Below are positions 10,208 through 19,038 of a stretch of DNA of 64,000 bases, piece after piece. The translations under genes and the position numbers were made by a program. Location of the stretch: contig CBDBKE010000002.1 in NCBI GenBank assembly GCA_965206645.1, forward strand, positions 192,001 to 256,000, given 5' to 3'. Every line of letters begins with the position of its first letter. Positions within the stretch are counted from its first letter, which is position 1. The notes below the pieces were generated by a model. It was not told the DNA's origin. It saw nothing but the letters and a program-made list of their open reading frames with translations, and did no database searches. Source of the stretch: Terriglobia bacterium. GTDB taxonomy: Bacteria > Acidobacteriota > Terriglobia > JAJPHL01 > JAPKYU01.

Positions 10208-11211
10208 GGCTCCACCTCAAACAAACCCATCCAGCCCAGCTCGGCAAACTCGGTCTGATGTGCGTGAAACATGAATTGGCCGGGAAAGCGGAAGTCAAAC
10301 TCCAGGATGGAGCGTTCGCCCTGGCAAAGCATCACCGTGTCGGTGTAGTTGCCGGGTTCCAGCCGCGTGCCTGTTCTGTACTCGTGGAAGAAGTGGGCGT
10401 GCAGATGGAAGGAATTGAGGAGGTCGAACTCCAGCAGGTTCACCAAGTAGACCCGAATCAGCTCGCCCAGCCGGACGCGGATCGGGTGGCGCATGAAATG
10501 AAAGGCCACCGAGTTGACGGCATAGATCTCGTTTTCGTTGTCGAAGTTGGTGTCGAAGCCGTTCATCACCATCAGCAGCTCGCGGGCTGGGGGCCGCGGC
10601 TCCGGTGGATCCACAATAAAGGCCCCGTACAGTCCCTTGTGAATGTGCCGCTTCAACGGATTGGTGTGGCAGTGGTAGAGATGCAGGCCGAACGGTTCGG
10701 CGTCGAACTCATAGACGAAGTTCTCCCCGGGGCGCACGTACTGCGCCACCCCGGCTCCGTCCATAGCTGCCGGGTGGAAACCATGGAAGTGAATCGTATG
10801 CGGGTGTGCTCCGGCATTGGAAAAGCGGATGCGAATGCGGTCCCCCTGGCGCGCGCGAATGGTGGGGCCCGGCACCCGCCCGTTGTAGGTCCAGGCCGGG
10901 AAGTAGACGCCTGGGGCAATCTCGATCTCGAGGTCCGTGGCCACCAGCTCGTACTGGCGCAGCGTCTGGCCGCTGGGCAGCGTGGAAACCTCGCCGCCGT
11001 CAAAGTCGGCGAGGTAGCTGGTGGGGTCTAGGCCTCCAGGGGCAATGTCGCCAACGGTAATCAGGTCGTGCGCGGCGGTGTGGTCGCTGGGGGGCGGACT
11101 GGCCAGGTTGGCCTCGGGGCTGACAGAGCGCAGCCCGGCTGCCGTCAGCGCGCCGGCGCCAGCCGACCCCGCTCCCAGGAACATTCTTCGGGAAATCTTC
11201 TTGCGTGCCAT
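10204..11211 (-). CDS. Tat-exported two-domain multicopper oxidase
   Basis: SRRMFLG Tat motif; HTIHFHG, YHCH..H, NSFHLH and MFHAH copper motifs. Confidence 0.92.
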   Translation of the reverse strand: MARKKISRRMFLGAGSAGAGALTAAGLRSVSPEANLASPPPSDHTAAHDLITVGDIAPGGLDPTSYLADFDGGEVSTLPSGQTLRQYELVATDLEIEIAPGVYFPAWTYNGRVPGPTIRARQGDRIRIRFSNAGAHPHTIHFHGFHPAAMDGAGVAQYVRPGENFVYEFDAEPFGLHLYHCHTNPLKRHIHKGLYGAFIVDPPEPRPPARELLMVMNGFDTNFDNENEIYAVNSVAFHFMRHPIRVRLGELIRVYLVNLLEFDLLNSFHLHAHFFHEYRTGTRLEPGNYTDTVMLCQGERSILEFDFRFPGQFMFHAHQTEFAELGWMGLFEVEP

Positions 11212-11226
11212 ATGAATCTGGGTAGA

Positions 11227-11280
11227 CGCAGAATATTAACCGCAGAATATTAACCGCGGAATATTAACCAAGGTTAATTT
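11227..11280. promoter_or_regulatory. 3x 14-bp tandem repeat ending in palindrome ATTAACC-AA-GGTTAAT; candidate DtxR/MntR-family operator
   Basis: CGCAGAATATTAAC x3 (11227-11268, one mismatch); inverted repeat 11263-11278 upstream of the MCO-ZIP operon. Confidence 0.5.
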
Positions 11281-11434
11281 CTAGCGACAGCCTACTACAT
11301 CTGTCCCCTTCCCTACAAGAGACCCCGTCTTGGAGGCTCCCTGAAGGGCCGCCTCCGCTGAGAGACAGTTCCAAGCGCTTTTCTAAGACGGGTTCCTTGT
11401 ATAACGCACGAAATTTGGAAGGAGGACGCCCGCT

Positions 11435-11755
11435 GTGGCTGAAGGGGCCGAGAGAAGATCTCGCAAGCGGCACGCCCTGCCGGCGCTGGGAATGGTGCTA
11501 TTTCACGCCCCATCGGGGCGAAGCACCGCCATCGCCCGCGACGTTTCCATAGGCGGCATCCTGCTGGAGTCGGAGAACCCCTGGCCGCCGGCGGGTTCCG
11601 AAATCGAGCTGACCTTCTCGGTGGAAGAATACGGCCTCATGTTCTCGTTGCCCGGCAGGATCGCGCGGCTGGAAGGCCTGCGGGCCGGCATCGCCTTCCG
11701 GGAAGAATCAGAGAAGCTGCAGCAGGTCATTGAGAGAGCGCTGGGGGCGGCTTAG
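11435..11755 (+). CDS. PilZ domain protein
   Basis: ERRSRKR (RxxxR) and DVSIGG (DxSxxG) motifs, GIAF. Confidence 0.85.
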   Translation: MAEGAERRSRKRHALPALGMVLFHAPSGRSTAIARDVSIGGILLESENPWPPAGSEIELTFSVEEYGLMFSLPGRIARLEGLRAGIAFREESEKLQQVIERALGAA

Positions 11756-12301
11756 GTGAGCGCCAGCGTTTCTTCCGCCGACGGACTGAAAGTCCTGCTA
11801 TTGAGCGAACAGATCCAGCAACGCGTCCACGCGATAGGGGCCCAGATCAACGGCGACTACCGGGGCCGGCTGCTCCACCTCGTCTGCATCCTGAAGGGTG
11901 CCAGCATCTTCCTGGCCGATCTGCTGCGGACGCTGGAGTTGGAAGTTTCCCTGGATTTCATTGCCGTCGCCAGCTACCACAAAGGGTCCAGCAGTTCCGG
12001 CGAAGTCCAGATCACCAAGGACCTAGACCTTCCCGTGGAGGGGCGCGACGTGCTGATCGTGGAAGACATTGTGGACACCGGCCTGACGCTGAACTATCTC
12101 TACCATCTGCTTGAGTCGCGCGGCCCGCGCTCGCTGAAGATCGTGACATTGCTGGACAAGCCGTCGCGGCGCCTGCTGCCCATTCGAGCGGACTACGTCG
12201 GCTTCGAGATTCCCGACTCCTTCGTGGTCGGATACGGGCTGGACTACGGCGAGCGGTACCGGCAGCTTCCGCACATCTGCGTGTTGGAAAATTCGGCCTG
12301 A
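11756..12301 (+). CDS. hpt: Hypoxanthine phosphoribosyltransferase
   Basis: ILKGA, VLIVEDIVDTGLT, LLDKP, FVVGYGLDY. Confidence 0.97.
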   Translation: MSASVSSADGLKVLLLSEQIQQRVHAIGAQINGDYRGRLLHLVCILKGASIFLADLLRTLELEVSLDFIAVASYHKGSSSSGEVQITKDLDLPVEGRDVLIVEDIVDTGLTLNYLYHLLESRGPRSLKIVTLLDKPSRRLLPIRADYVGFEIPDSFVVGYGLDYGERYRQLPHICVLENSA

Positions 12302-12356
12302 GGCCCCCCGGAGCGCAGCGCCGGGGGGCCTCTGCTGGCCAACAAGGCCAGCAGAG
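12301..12356. terminator. Tandem GC-rich hairpins after hpt
   Basis: AGGCCCCCCGG...CCGGGGGGCCT followed by CTCTGCTGGCC-AACAA-GGCCAGCAGAG; no clear U-tract. Confidence 0.4.
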
Positions 12357-12478
12357 GGCTCGCCACACTGTGTTATGATGGCTGCCTGAAGGCAGCAAAT
12401 CCGCCGACGGAAACCACCCGACAAAAGACGGCGGCGGCGCAAGATATCGCCACCTGCACCCCCGAAATCGGCACTCGG

Positions 12479-13417
12479 ATGAGTACCGCCGATATCGAGA
12501 ACCTCATCGAGGCCATTGCCGCGGAGGTCTATCTTCGGCTGACTCACCCGAGCGTGGGTGGTGCCGCAGGCGCAGAGCGCAACGAACTGCAGTGCCCCAG
12601 CTGCCGGGGCGACTGTGCCTTCACCTGCCAGCATCGGACCGAGCGCATAGTAAGCGCCGGGGCCTGCCGCGTTTCGATGACGCCGCCGGTTCCGGCGGGA
12701 CTGGCGAGTGCCCTGGGCTTGGCCGCCCTGATTGATCACACTTTGCTGCGGCCCGAGGCAACCCAGGCCGACATCCTGCGCCTGTGCGACGAGGCACGCC
12801 AGCATGGCTTTGCCAGCGTCTGCGTCAACCCGTACTGGGTGCCGCGGGTGGCCGAGCGGATGCGCGGCACCCGGGTGAGGGTCGCGACCGTGGTGGGCTT
12901 TCCGCTGGGAGCCACACTGCCGGCGGTGAAGCGGCAGGAAGCGGCGCGAGCCATCCATGTTGGGGCGCAGGAAATTGATATGGTGGTCAACGTGGGCGCG
13001 TTGCGCTCTGGCGATCTGGAGAGCGTGCGGCTGGACATCGCCGGCGTGGTCGAGGTCAGTCACGCCGGCGGCGCCCCGGTCAAGGTGATCCTGGAGACGG
13101 CGCTGCTGGACGACGAGCAGAAGGTTGCCGGCTGCTTGCTGGCACAGGCGGCTGGCGCCGACTTTGTCAAGACCTCGACCGGCTTCGGCCCTGGTGGCGC
13201 CACGGTCTACGACGTCGAACTGATGCGCTTCGTCGTGGGCCAGAGCCTGGGGGTGAAGGCTGCGGGCGGAATTCGCACGCTGGAGGACATAGAGAGGATG
13301 GTGTCCGCTGGAGCCACTCGCATCGGCGCCAGCGCCAGCGTCAAGATCCTCGAGGAAGCCGCGGGTCGGATGCCCGCTCAGCCTCCCTCCGCTGCCGGCG
13401 CTCCGGCTCCCTATTAG
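12479..13417 (+). CDS. deoC: Deoxyribose-phosphate aldolase with ~80-aa N-terminal extension
   Basis: IDHTLL, VCVNP, VVGFPLG, EIDMV, KVILET, FVKTSTGF, VKAAGGIR, RIGAS. Confidence 0.96.
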   Translation: MSTADIENLIEAIAAEVYLRLTHPSVGGAAGAERNELQCPSCRGDCAFTCQHRTERIVSAGACRVSMTPPVPAGLASALGLAALIDHTLLRPEATQADILRLCDEARQHGFASVCVNPYWVPRVAERMRGTRVRVATVVGFPLGATLPAVKRQEAARAIHVGAQEIDMVVNVGALRSGDLESVRLDIAGVVEVSHAGGAPVKVILETALLDDEQKVAGCLLAQAAGADFVKTSTGFGPGGATVYDVELMRFVVGQSLGVKAAGGIRTLEDIERMVSAGATRIGASASVKILEEAAGRMPAQPPSAAGAPAPY

Positions 13418-13559
13418 AGGAAGCCTGCCATGGCCTGCTACGGCCTATTACTGTTTGTGGGACCCAATGGGAGGGGGCCGCAGTGGGAGGTGGCCGTCGG
13501 CTCAACAATGAGAATCAGTTCCCGGGAACACGTTTGAGTTAGTTTCCAGAGACGCAAAG

Positions 13560-15362
13560 ATGCCGAAGGAGCCCAGCTCGGTTTTCGACATCCGCTCGGA
13601 GCCGGAAACCCTCCAGTTCCTGCTGCAGGTAGCCGAGGTAGCCAACAGCTCGTTGGATCTGGATGAGCTGTTAGAGCGCATCGCGGACGTGATCCGGCAG
13701 GCGGTGGATTACGAGATCCTGGCCATCCTGCTGCTGGAGGAGAGCACCCAGGAGCTGGCGATCCGCTACGCGATCGGGCACAGCGAGGAAGTGGTGCGCT
13801 CGCTTCGTATTCAGGCCGGCCAGGGCATCACCGGAGCGGCCGTGGCGGAGCGGGTCCCGATTCTGGTCACCGACGTTCGCTCCGATGCCCGCTACATCCA
13901 GACGCGGGACGACGTGTGCTGCGAATTGGCCGTCCCCATGATCGTCCGGGATCGGGTGGTCGGCGTGATCGACCTGCAGTGCACGCAGGACGGCTGCCTC
14001 ACCGAGCGCCACCGCGACCTGCTCTCGGTGGTCGCCGACCGGCTGGGCCTGGCGGTGGAACACGCTCGGCTCTACCGTTCCACGCTGCAGCAGGCCCGTA
14101 CCCTGGCCACCCTCACCGAGATCAGCCAAGAGTTCTCTTCCATCCTGAACCTGGACGACTTGCTTCGGAAGATCGCCGAGCTGCTGCACCGCCTGATCGG
14201 CCACGACGGCTTCCATGTACTGCTGTTGGACCAGCCGCGCGGGCTGCTCCAGCTTTACCTGAGCCAGCCGCGCAATGAGCAGGAGTGGCAGAAGGGCACG
14301 GTTCCCCTGGGCAAGGGCGTCGTCGGGCGCGCCGTCGCCGAGCGCCGAAGCCTGCTGATTCCAGACGTGACGCTCGATGCGGGCTACCTCAACGTGAACC
14401 CGGAGACGCTTTCCGAGCTGGCTGTGCCGCTAGTGAGCAAGGAGCAAGTCATGGGGGTGCTGAACCTGGAAAGCAGACGCAGGGGCTTCTTCACCAGACA
14501 GCATCTGCAAATGGTCGAGCTGCTGGGGCCGCAGGTGGCCATCGCTATCGAGAACGCCCGCCTGTACCAGCAACTGGCCCTGAAAGAGGCCCGCATGGAG
14601 AGCGACCTGCGAGCCGCCCGCGAGTTAGCGTACAGCTTGCTGCCTCGCGACTTTCCAAAAATCCCCGGCCTCCAGCTTCACGCCCGATACGAGCCAGCAC
14701 GCGAGTTGGGCGGTGACCTCTACGACTTCCTCGAGTACAAGGATGAAGACAGCTCCTGCCGCGGGCTGGGCGTCTTTACCGGCGACGTCAGCGGCAAGGG
14801 TGCCCCGGCGGCCCTCTACGCCGCGCTCTCGCATGGCCTGCTGCGCACCCTAGCCTCCCGCTGCCAGCCGGTCGGGAGCATTCTGCACCAACTGAACCAG
14901 GCACTTTGCCAGCGCCGCGTCGCGGCGCGTTCCCTGGCCCTCTGCTATGCCTTCCTGGACCCCCAGGCCTGGACCTTGGACATCGCCAACGGCGGCTTGC
15001 CCCATCCGATCTTCTGCCAGGGAGGGAAGGTTCTGCCGGTGCGCGTGGAGGGCGTGCCGCTGGGACTGCTGGAGAACGTCGAGTATCAGGCGGACGCGTT
15101 CCAGTTGCGCCCCGGCGATATCGCCGTCTTTTACTCCGACGGCATCACGGAGAACCTGAACCGCGCCGGCGAGGAATTCGGGCGGCACCGTCTCCAGGAG
15201 CTGGTCTGCCGTTATTGCGCAGCAAGCGCCGAGGAACTGGTGGAGCGAATTTTCGAGGAGGCGCACCGCTGGGCGGCGTGGCAGGAGCCAGCAGACGACC
15301 GCACCGTGGTCGTGCTGAAGGTCGGCGAGAACAGCCCCGAGGGAGCGGCCCCATGCGCTTGA
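13560..15362 (+). CDS. GAF-GAF-SpoIIE (RsbU-like PP2C) phosphatase
   Basis: Two GAF domains (ELAVP..VGVIDL; ELAVPL..MGVLNLES); GGDLYD, GDVSGKG, YSDGITE and DDRT motifs. Confidence 0.92.
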   Translation: MPKEPSSVFDIRSEPETLQFLLQVAEVANSSLDLDELLERIADVIRQAVDYEILAILLLEESTQELAIRYAIGHSEEVVRSLRIQAGQGITGAAVAERVPILVTDVRSDARYIQTRDDVCCELAVPMIVRDRVVGVIDLQCTQDGCLTERHRDLLSVVADRLGLAVEHARLYRSTLQQARTLATLTEISQEFSSILNLDDLLRKIAELLHRLIGHDGFHVLLLDQPRGLLQLYLSQPRNEQEWQKGTVPLGKGVVGRAVAERRSLLIPDVTLDAGYLNVNPETLSELAVPLVSKEQVMGVLNLESRRRGFFTRQHLQMVELLGPQVAIAIENARLYQQLALKEARMESDLRAARELAYSLLPRDFPKIPGLQLHARYEPARELGGDLYDFLEYKDEDSSCRGLGVFTGDVSGKGAPAALYAALSHGLLRTLASRCQPVGSILHQLNQALCQRRVAARSLALCYAFLDPQAWTLDIANGGLPHPIFCQGGKVLPVRVEGVPLGLLENVEYQADAFQLRPGDIAVFYSDGITENLNRAGEEFGRHRLQELVCRYCAASAEELVERIFEEAHRWAAWQEPADDRTVVVLKVGENSPEGAAPCA

Positions 15363-16612
15363 CCCACTTCCCTTACCGTACCGGCCGGCTCTACTGCGAG
15401 GACGTGCCAGCCGAGCAAATTGCCGCAGCCGTGGGCACGCCCGCCTACGTGTACAGCCGCGCCGCCATCGAGCACAACTTTCGCCGCTTTGACCGCGCCT
15501 TCGCCGACTATCCTCATCGTGTCTGCTATTCGGTCAAGGCCAATTCCAACCTGGCGGTTCTTGCGCTGTTAGCCCGGCTGGGCGCCGGCTTTGACATCGT
15601 CTCGGCGGGCGAGCTGCATCGTGTGCTGCGCGCCGGCGGCGATCCGCGCGGCGTGGTCTTCTCCGGCGTCGGCAAGACGGAGGCGGAGATGGACGCGGCG
15701 CTGGAAGCGGGCATCCATCTGTTTAACGCCGAGTCGGAAGACGAGCTGAAGCGACTCGCGAGACGCGCCCGGCAGTCCAAGCGCCGGGCGAGGGTCGGGC
15801 TGCGCGTGAACCCGGACGTGGACGCGGCAACCCATCCCTACATCGGTACCGGGCTGCGCCGGCACAAGTTCGGCGTCGAGTTTGCCCGCGCCGACGCCAT
15901 CTACCTGCGGGCCGCAAAACTGGCCGCGCTGGAGGTGGCCGGGATCAGCTGCCACATCGGCTCGCAAATTCTCGACGTGGCCCCGTTCCTGGAGGCGCTG
16001 GAGAAGCTGCTGGAGCTGGCCGAACGGCTACGCCGTCATGGGCTCGGCATTCGCTATCTGGATCTGGGCGGCGGTCTGGGCGTCCCTTACCGGCTCGGGG
16101 AAACCGGTCCGGATGTGGCCGAATTTGCCCGCCGGGTGGTGGAACTGATTCGCTCGGCAGGCCGCGACCGCTATCACATCCTTGTGGCCCCGGGACGCTC
16201 CATCGTGGGAGAGGCCGGCGTCTTGCTTACCCGAGTGCTCTACCGAAAACGCAACGGGGAGAAAAATTTCCTTGTCGTGGATGCGGCGATGAACGACCTG
16301 CTGCGGCCCGCCCTCTACGGCTCTTACCACGAAATCCGACCAGTCGTGAAAAACACCCGCCGCGAACTGGTGACGGACGTGGTTGGCCCGGTATGCGAGA
16401 CCGGAGACTTTTTCGCCCAGGACCGCCACCTCCCGGCTGCGCGTCCCGGAGAGCTGCTGGCGGTGTTCACCACTGGTGCCTACGTCGCCTCGCTGGCCTC
16501 CAACTACAACTCGCGCCCCCGTATCCCGGAAGTGCTGGTGGGTGGCAAGACCTTTCGCGTGGTGCGCGAGCGCGAAACCTACGAGGACCTGATCCGCCTG
16601 GAACGCCGTTAA
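15353..16612 (+). CDS. lysA: Diaminopimelate decarboxylase
   Basis: GTPAYVYS, YSVKAN (PLP Lys), HKFG, HIGSQ, DLGGG, GPVCETGD, GAY..SNYN; start set at ATG 15353, overlapping the upstream stop. Confidence 0.95.
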   Translation: MRLTHFPYRTGRLYCEDVPAEQIAAAVGTPAYVYSRAAIEHNFRRFDRAFADYPHRVCYSVKANSNLAVLALLARLGAGFDIVSAGELHRVLRAGGDPRGVVFSGVGKTEAEMDAALEAGIHLFNAESEDELKRLARRARQSKRRARVGLRVNPDVDAATHPYIGTGLRRHKFGVEFARADAIYLRAAKLAALEVAGISCHIGSQILDVAPFLEALEKLLELAERLRRHGLGIRYLDLGGGLGVPYRLGETGPDVAEFARRVVELIRSAGRDRYHILVAPGRSIVGEAGVLLTRVLYRKRNGEKNFLVVDAAMNDLLRPALYGSYHEIRPVVKNTRRELVTDVVGPVCETGDFFAQDRHLPAARPGELLAVFTTGAYVASLASNYNSRPRIPEVLVGGKTFRVVRERETYEDLIRLERR

Positions 16613-16694
16613 CGAAGCTAGATGGGGCTAGCGTCTCGGCGGCCCACTGTGGGACACCAGCGCGAAGCCGGCGCTTACGAAAGCTCCGTTTGTG

Positions 16695-16758
16695 TCAGGA
16701 GGTGGCGCCGGCAGTTCGGGCCAGCGCGCGCAGGATGCCGCGGGTGGGTTGAAATCCT
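16695..16758 (-). repeat. Displaced duplicate of the 3' end of the cNMP-binding gene (20715-20779)
   Basis: 30-bp identity CGGGCCAGCGCGCGCAGGATGCCGCGGGTG at 16717-16746 and 20737-20766; both read TRGILRALAR with the stop at the same distance. Confidence 0.8.
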
Positions 16759-17758
16759 GCCAGCAAAGTGACCGCAAAGCGCGGATTGGCGCCTTGCTCC
16801 AAATATTCGGCGTAGCACCATTCCGTAGCACCATTCCTACGATGAGCACCTCCGTACCAGAAGCGAGCCCAGGAACCTACGCGGGCCTTTTCCTTGTGAC
16901 GCTCGCTACCTTGCTCTACGAGGTGCTGCTGACACGAATTTTCAGTGTCACGATGTGGTACCACTTCGCCTTTATGGCTGTTTCGCTGGCCCTGTTCGGT
17001 CTGACGGTGGGCGGACTCCTGGTTTATTTGCGGCCGAACTACTTTACGCCCGGGCGGGCCCACTTGCATCTGGCGGGAGGCTCGTTGATGTTCGGCATAC
17101 TCGCCATCGTCAGTTTTTTCATTCACGTCCGCTTGCCGTTCAACACGCCGACGTCCCTTTACCCACTCCTCTCCATAGCGGTTTCCTACGCCGTCATCGC
17201 AGTGCCGTTCGTATTCAGCGGCATCAGCGTTAGTGCGGCGCTGACAAAATTTCCGGCGCAGATCAGTAAACTTTACGCCGTCAACCTGGCGGGGGCGGCT
17301 GCCGGCTGCATTGTGTTCATCTACACTCTTCGGATTACGGACGGTCCGACGGCGGTCTTCGTAGTCGCGCTTTTGGCCTCGTTCAGCGCTACTTCCTTCG
17401 CGAGTTAGCTCGACAGTCGCGGACTGTTCAGGTTGGCCGTTATCTTCAGCATTGTTTTTGCTGCCTTTACGGTTGTCAACACAATCCTGGTGTGGAAGCA
17501 GCGTCCCTTGGTGCGCCTGCAACAGGTGAAGGGTGTGGCAGACTTTGCACCACTGTATGAAAAGTGGAATTCGTTTTCGCGCATCACCGTGACCGGTGAT
17601 CCCCACGGTTATGAGGAACCGTTCCTCTCGGGACCGAGTCCCACTTATCCCACTCGCCGTCGGGTGAGACAACTTTACTTAACAATCGACGCGAGCGCTT
17701 TAACCACTCTGACCGCGTTTGACGGTAATTTCGACCAGCTGGACTATCTTCGGCATGA

Positions 17759-19038
17759 TGACCTGCCTGGCGATTTCCGGACCAGCTGAAGCCTGAGAGA
17801 ATGGCGCCCTCGGAGAAACGAGGGAGCCATGAAGAAGACCCGGTTTACCGAAGAGCAGATGGTGACGATCCTCCGCGAGGCCGATCAGCGGCCCGTTCCG
17901 GAGGTGGCCAAAAAGAACGGCGTCAGCGCCCAGACGCTCTACGCCTGGCGGAAACACTTCGGCACGTTGGAGCCCGCCGATGTGAAGCGGCTGCGGCAGC
18001 TCGAGCAGGAGAACGGCCGGCTGAAAAAGATGGTGGCCGATCGAGATCTGGAGATCGACGTGCTCAAGGAGATCACCCGAAAAAAATGGTAGGCGCACGC
18101 GTGCGCCGGCCGCAGGTCGCGTATGCACGTGCACGCGGTCTGTCGGGTCGCCGCGCGTGCGCCTTGCTCTCCGTCGCACGGTCCACGCTGGGCTACCAGT
18201 CGCGGCTGGTCGACCGGGATGCCCCGGCGCTGGCCGCGATGCGTCGTCTGGCGGCGCAGTATCCGCGGTACGGCTATCGCCGGATTCGGATTTTCCTAAA
18301 ACGCGAAGGGCACACGATGAGCACGGACCGGACCCATCGCCTCTGGCGCCAGGCGGGGTTGCAGGTGCCTCGGCGGCGGCCGCGGCGCCGGGTCGCCCTG
18401 AGCCGGCCCCGCCCGGTGCCCGCCACTGCGGTCAATCACGTCTGGGCGTACGACTTCGTGTTCGACACCTGCGCGAATGGGCAGACGCTCAAGTGCCTCA
18501 CCGTCGTCGACGAATGGACCCGCGAGTCACTCGCGATCGACGTGGCCGGCGGCATTCGGTCCGGGCGCGTTATCGAGGTGCTCACGCAGCTCGTGAGCGT
18601 CCACGGAGCCCCACGTTACCTCCGGTCCGACAACGGCCCCGAGTTTGTCGCGGGTGCGATTCTCCGGTGGCTGCTCCAGGCGCAGATCGAAACCGCGCTC
18701 ATCGAGCCGGGCAAGCCGTGGCAGAATGCGACCGACGAATCGTTCAACGGGAAGTTCCGCGACGAGTATCTGAGCCTGCAGTGGTTTCGGAACCGCGTGG
18801 ACGCGAAGGTGGGGATCGAGCAATGGCGACGGCACTACAACGACGTGCGACCGCACTCGAGCCTTGGCTATCTGACGCCAGCCGAGTTCAAAGCGCAGCT
18901 CCGTGCTGGCTCGGATGACGGTGGGCGCTCGCCGGCGATGCCGGCTCACGCTGACCAAGAAGAACACGAGAGCGACTTAACCATGCCGACTGGCGCTGTT
19001 CTCCAGTAATCGGTGGTCCGAAGAAAGCCGGCAGGTCA
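17759..19038 (+). mobile_element. IS3-family insertion sequence (1280 bp), 4-bp target duplication ATGA
   Basis: IRL TGACCTGCCTGGCGATTTCCGGACCA; IRR reverse complement TGACCTGCCGGCTTTCTTCGGACCA; ATGA at 17755-17758 and 19039-19042. Confidence 0.95.
17829..19009 (+). CDS. IS3 transposase OrfA (17829-18092) / OrfB joined by a -1 frameshift
   Basis: OrfA MKKTRFTEEQM HTH; A7 run at 18080-18086; OrfB WAYDF, SDNGPEF, ESFNGKFRDE (DDE) and YN..RPHSSLGYLTP. Confidence 0.93.

Noticed and set aside
11227-11268. Tandem repeats as a possible CRISPR array
   Set aside because: 14-bp units with no spacers and no cas genes.
14906-15352. Apparent 149-aa N-terminal extension of LysA
   Set aside because: Overlaps the SpoIIE domain in another frame; LysA similarity starts at ATG 15353.
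17406-17408. In-frame TAG as pyrrolysine or readthrough
   Set aside because: Lies in a membrane loop of a gene also broken by an IS; no pyl genes in the window; a nonsense mutation is simpler.
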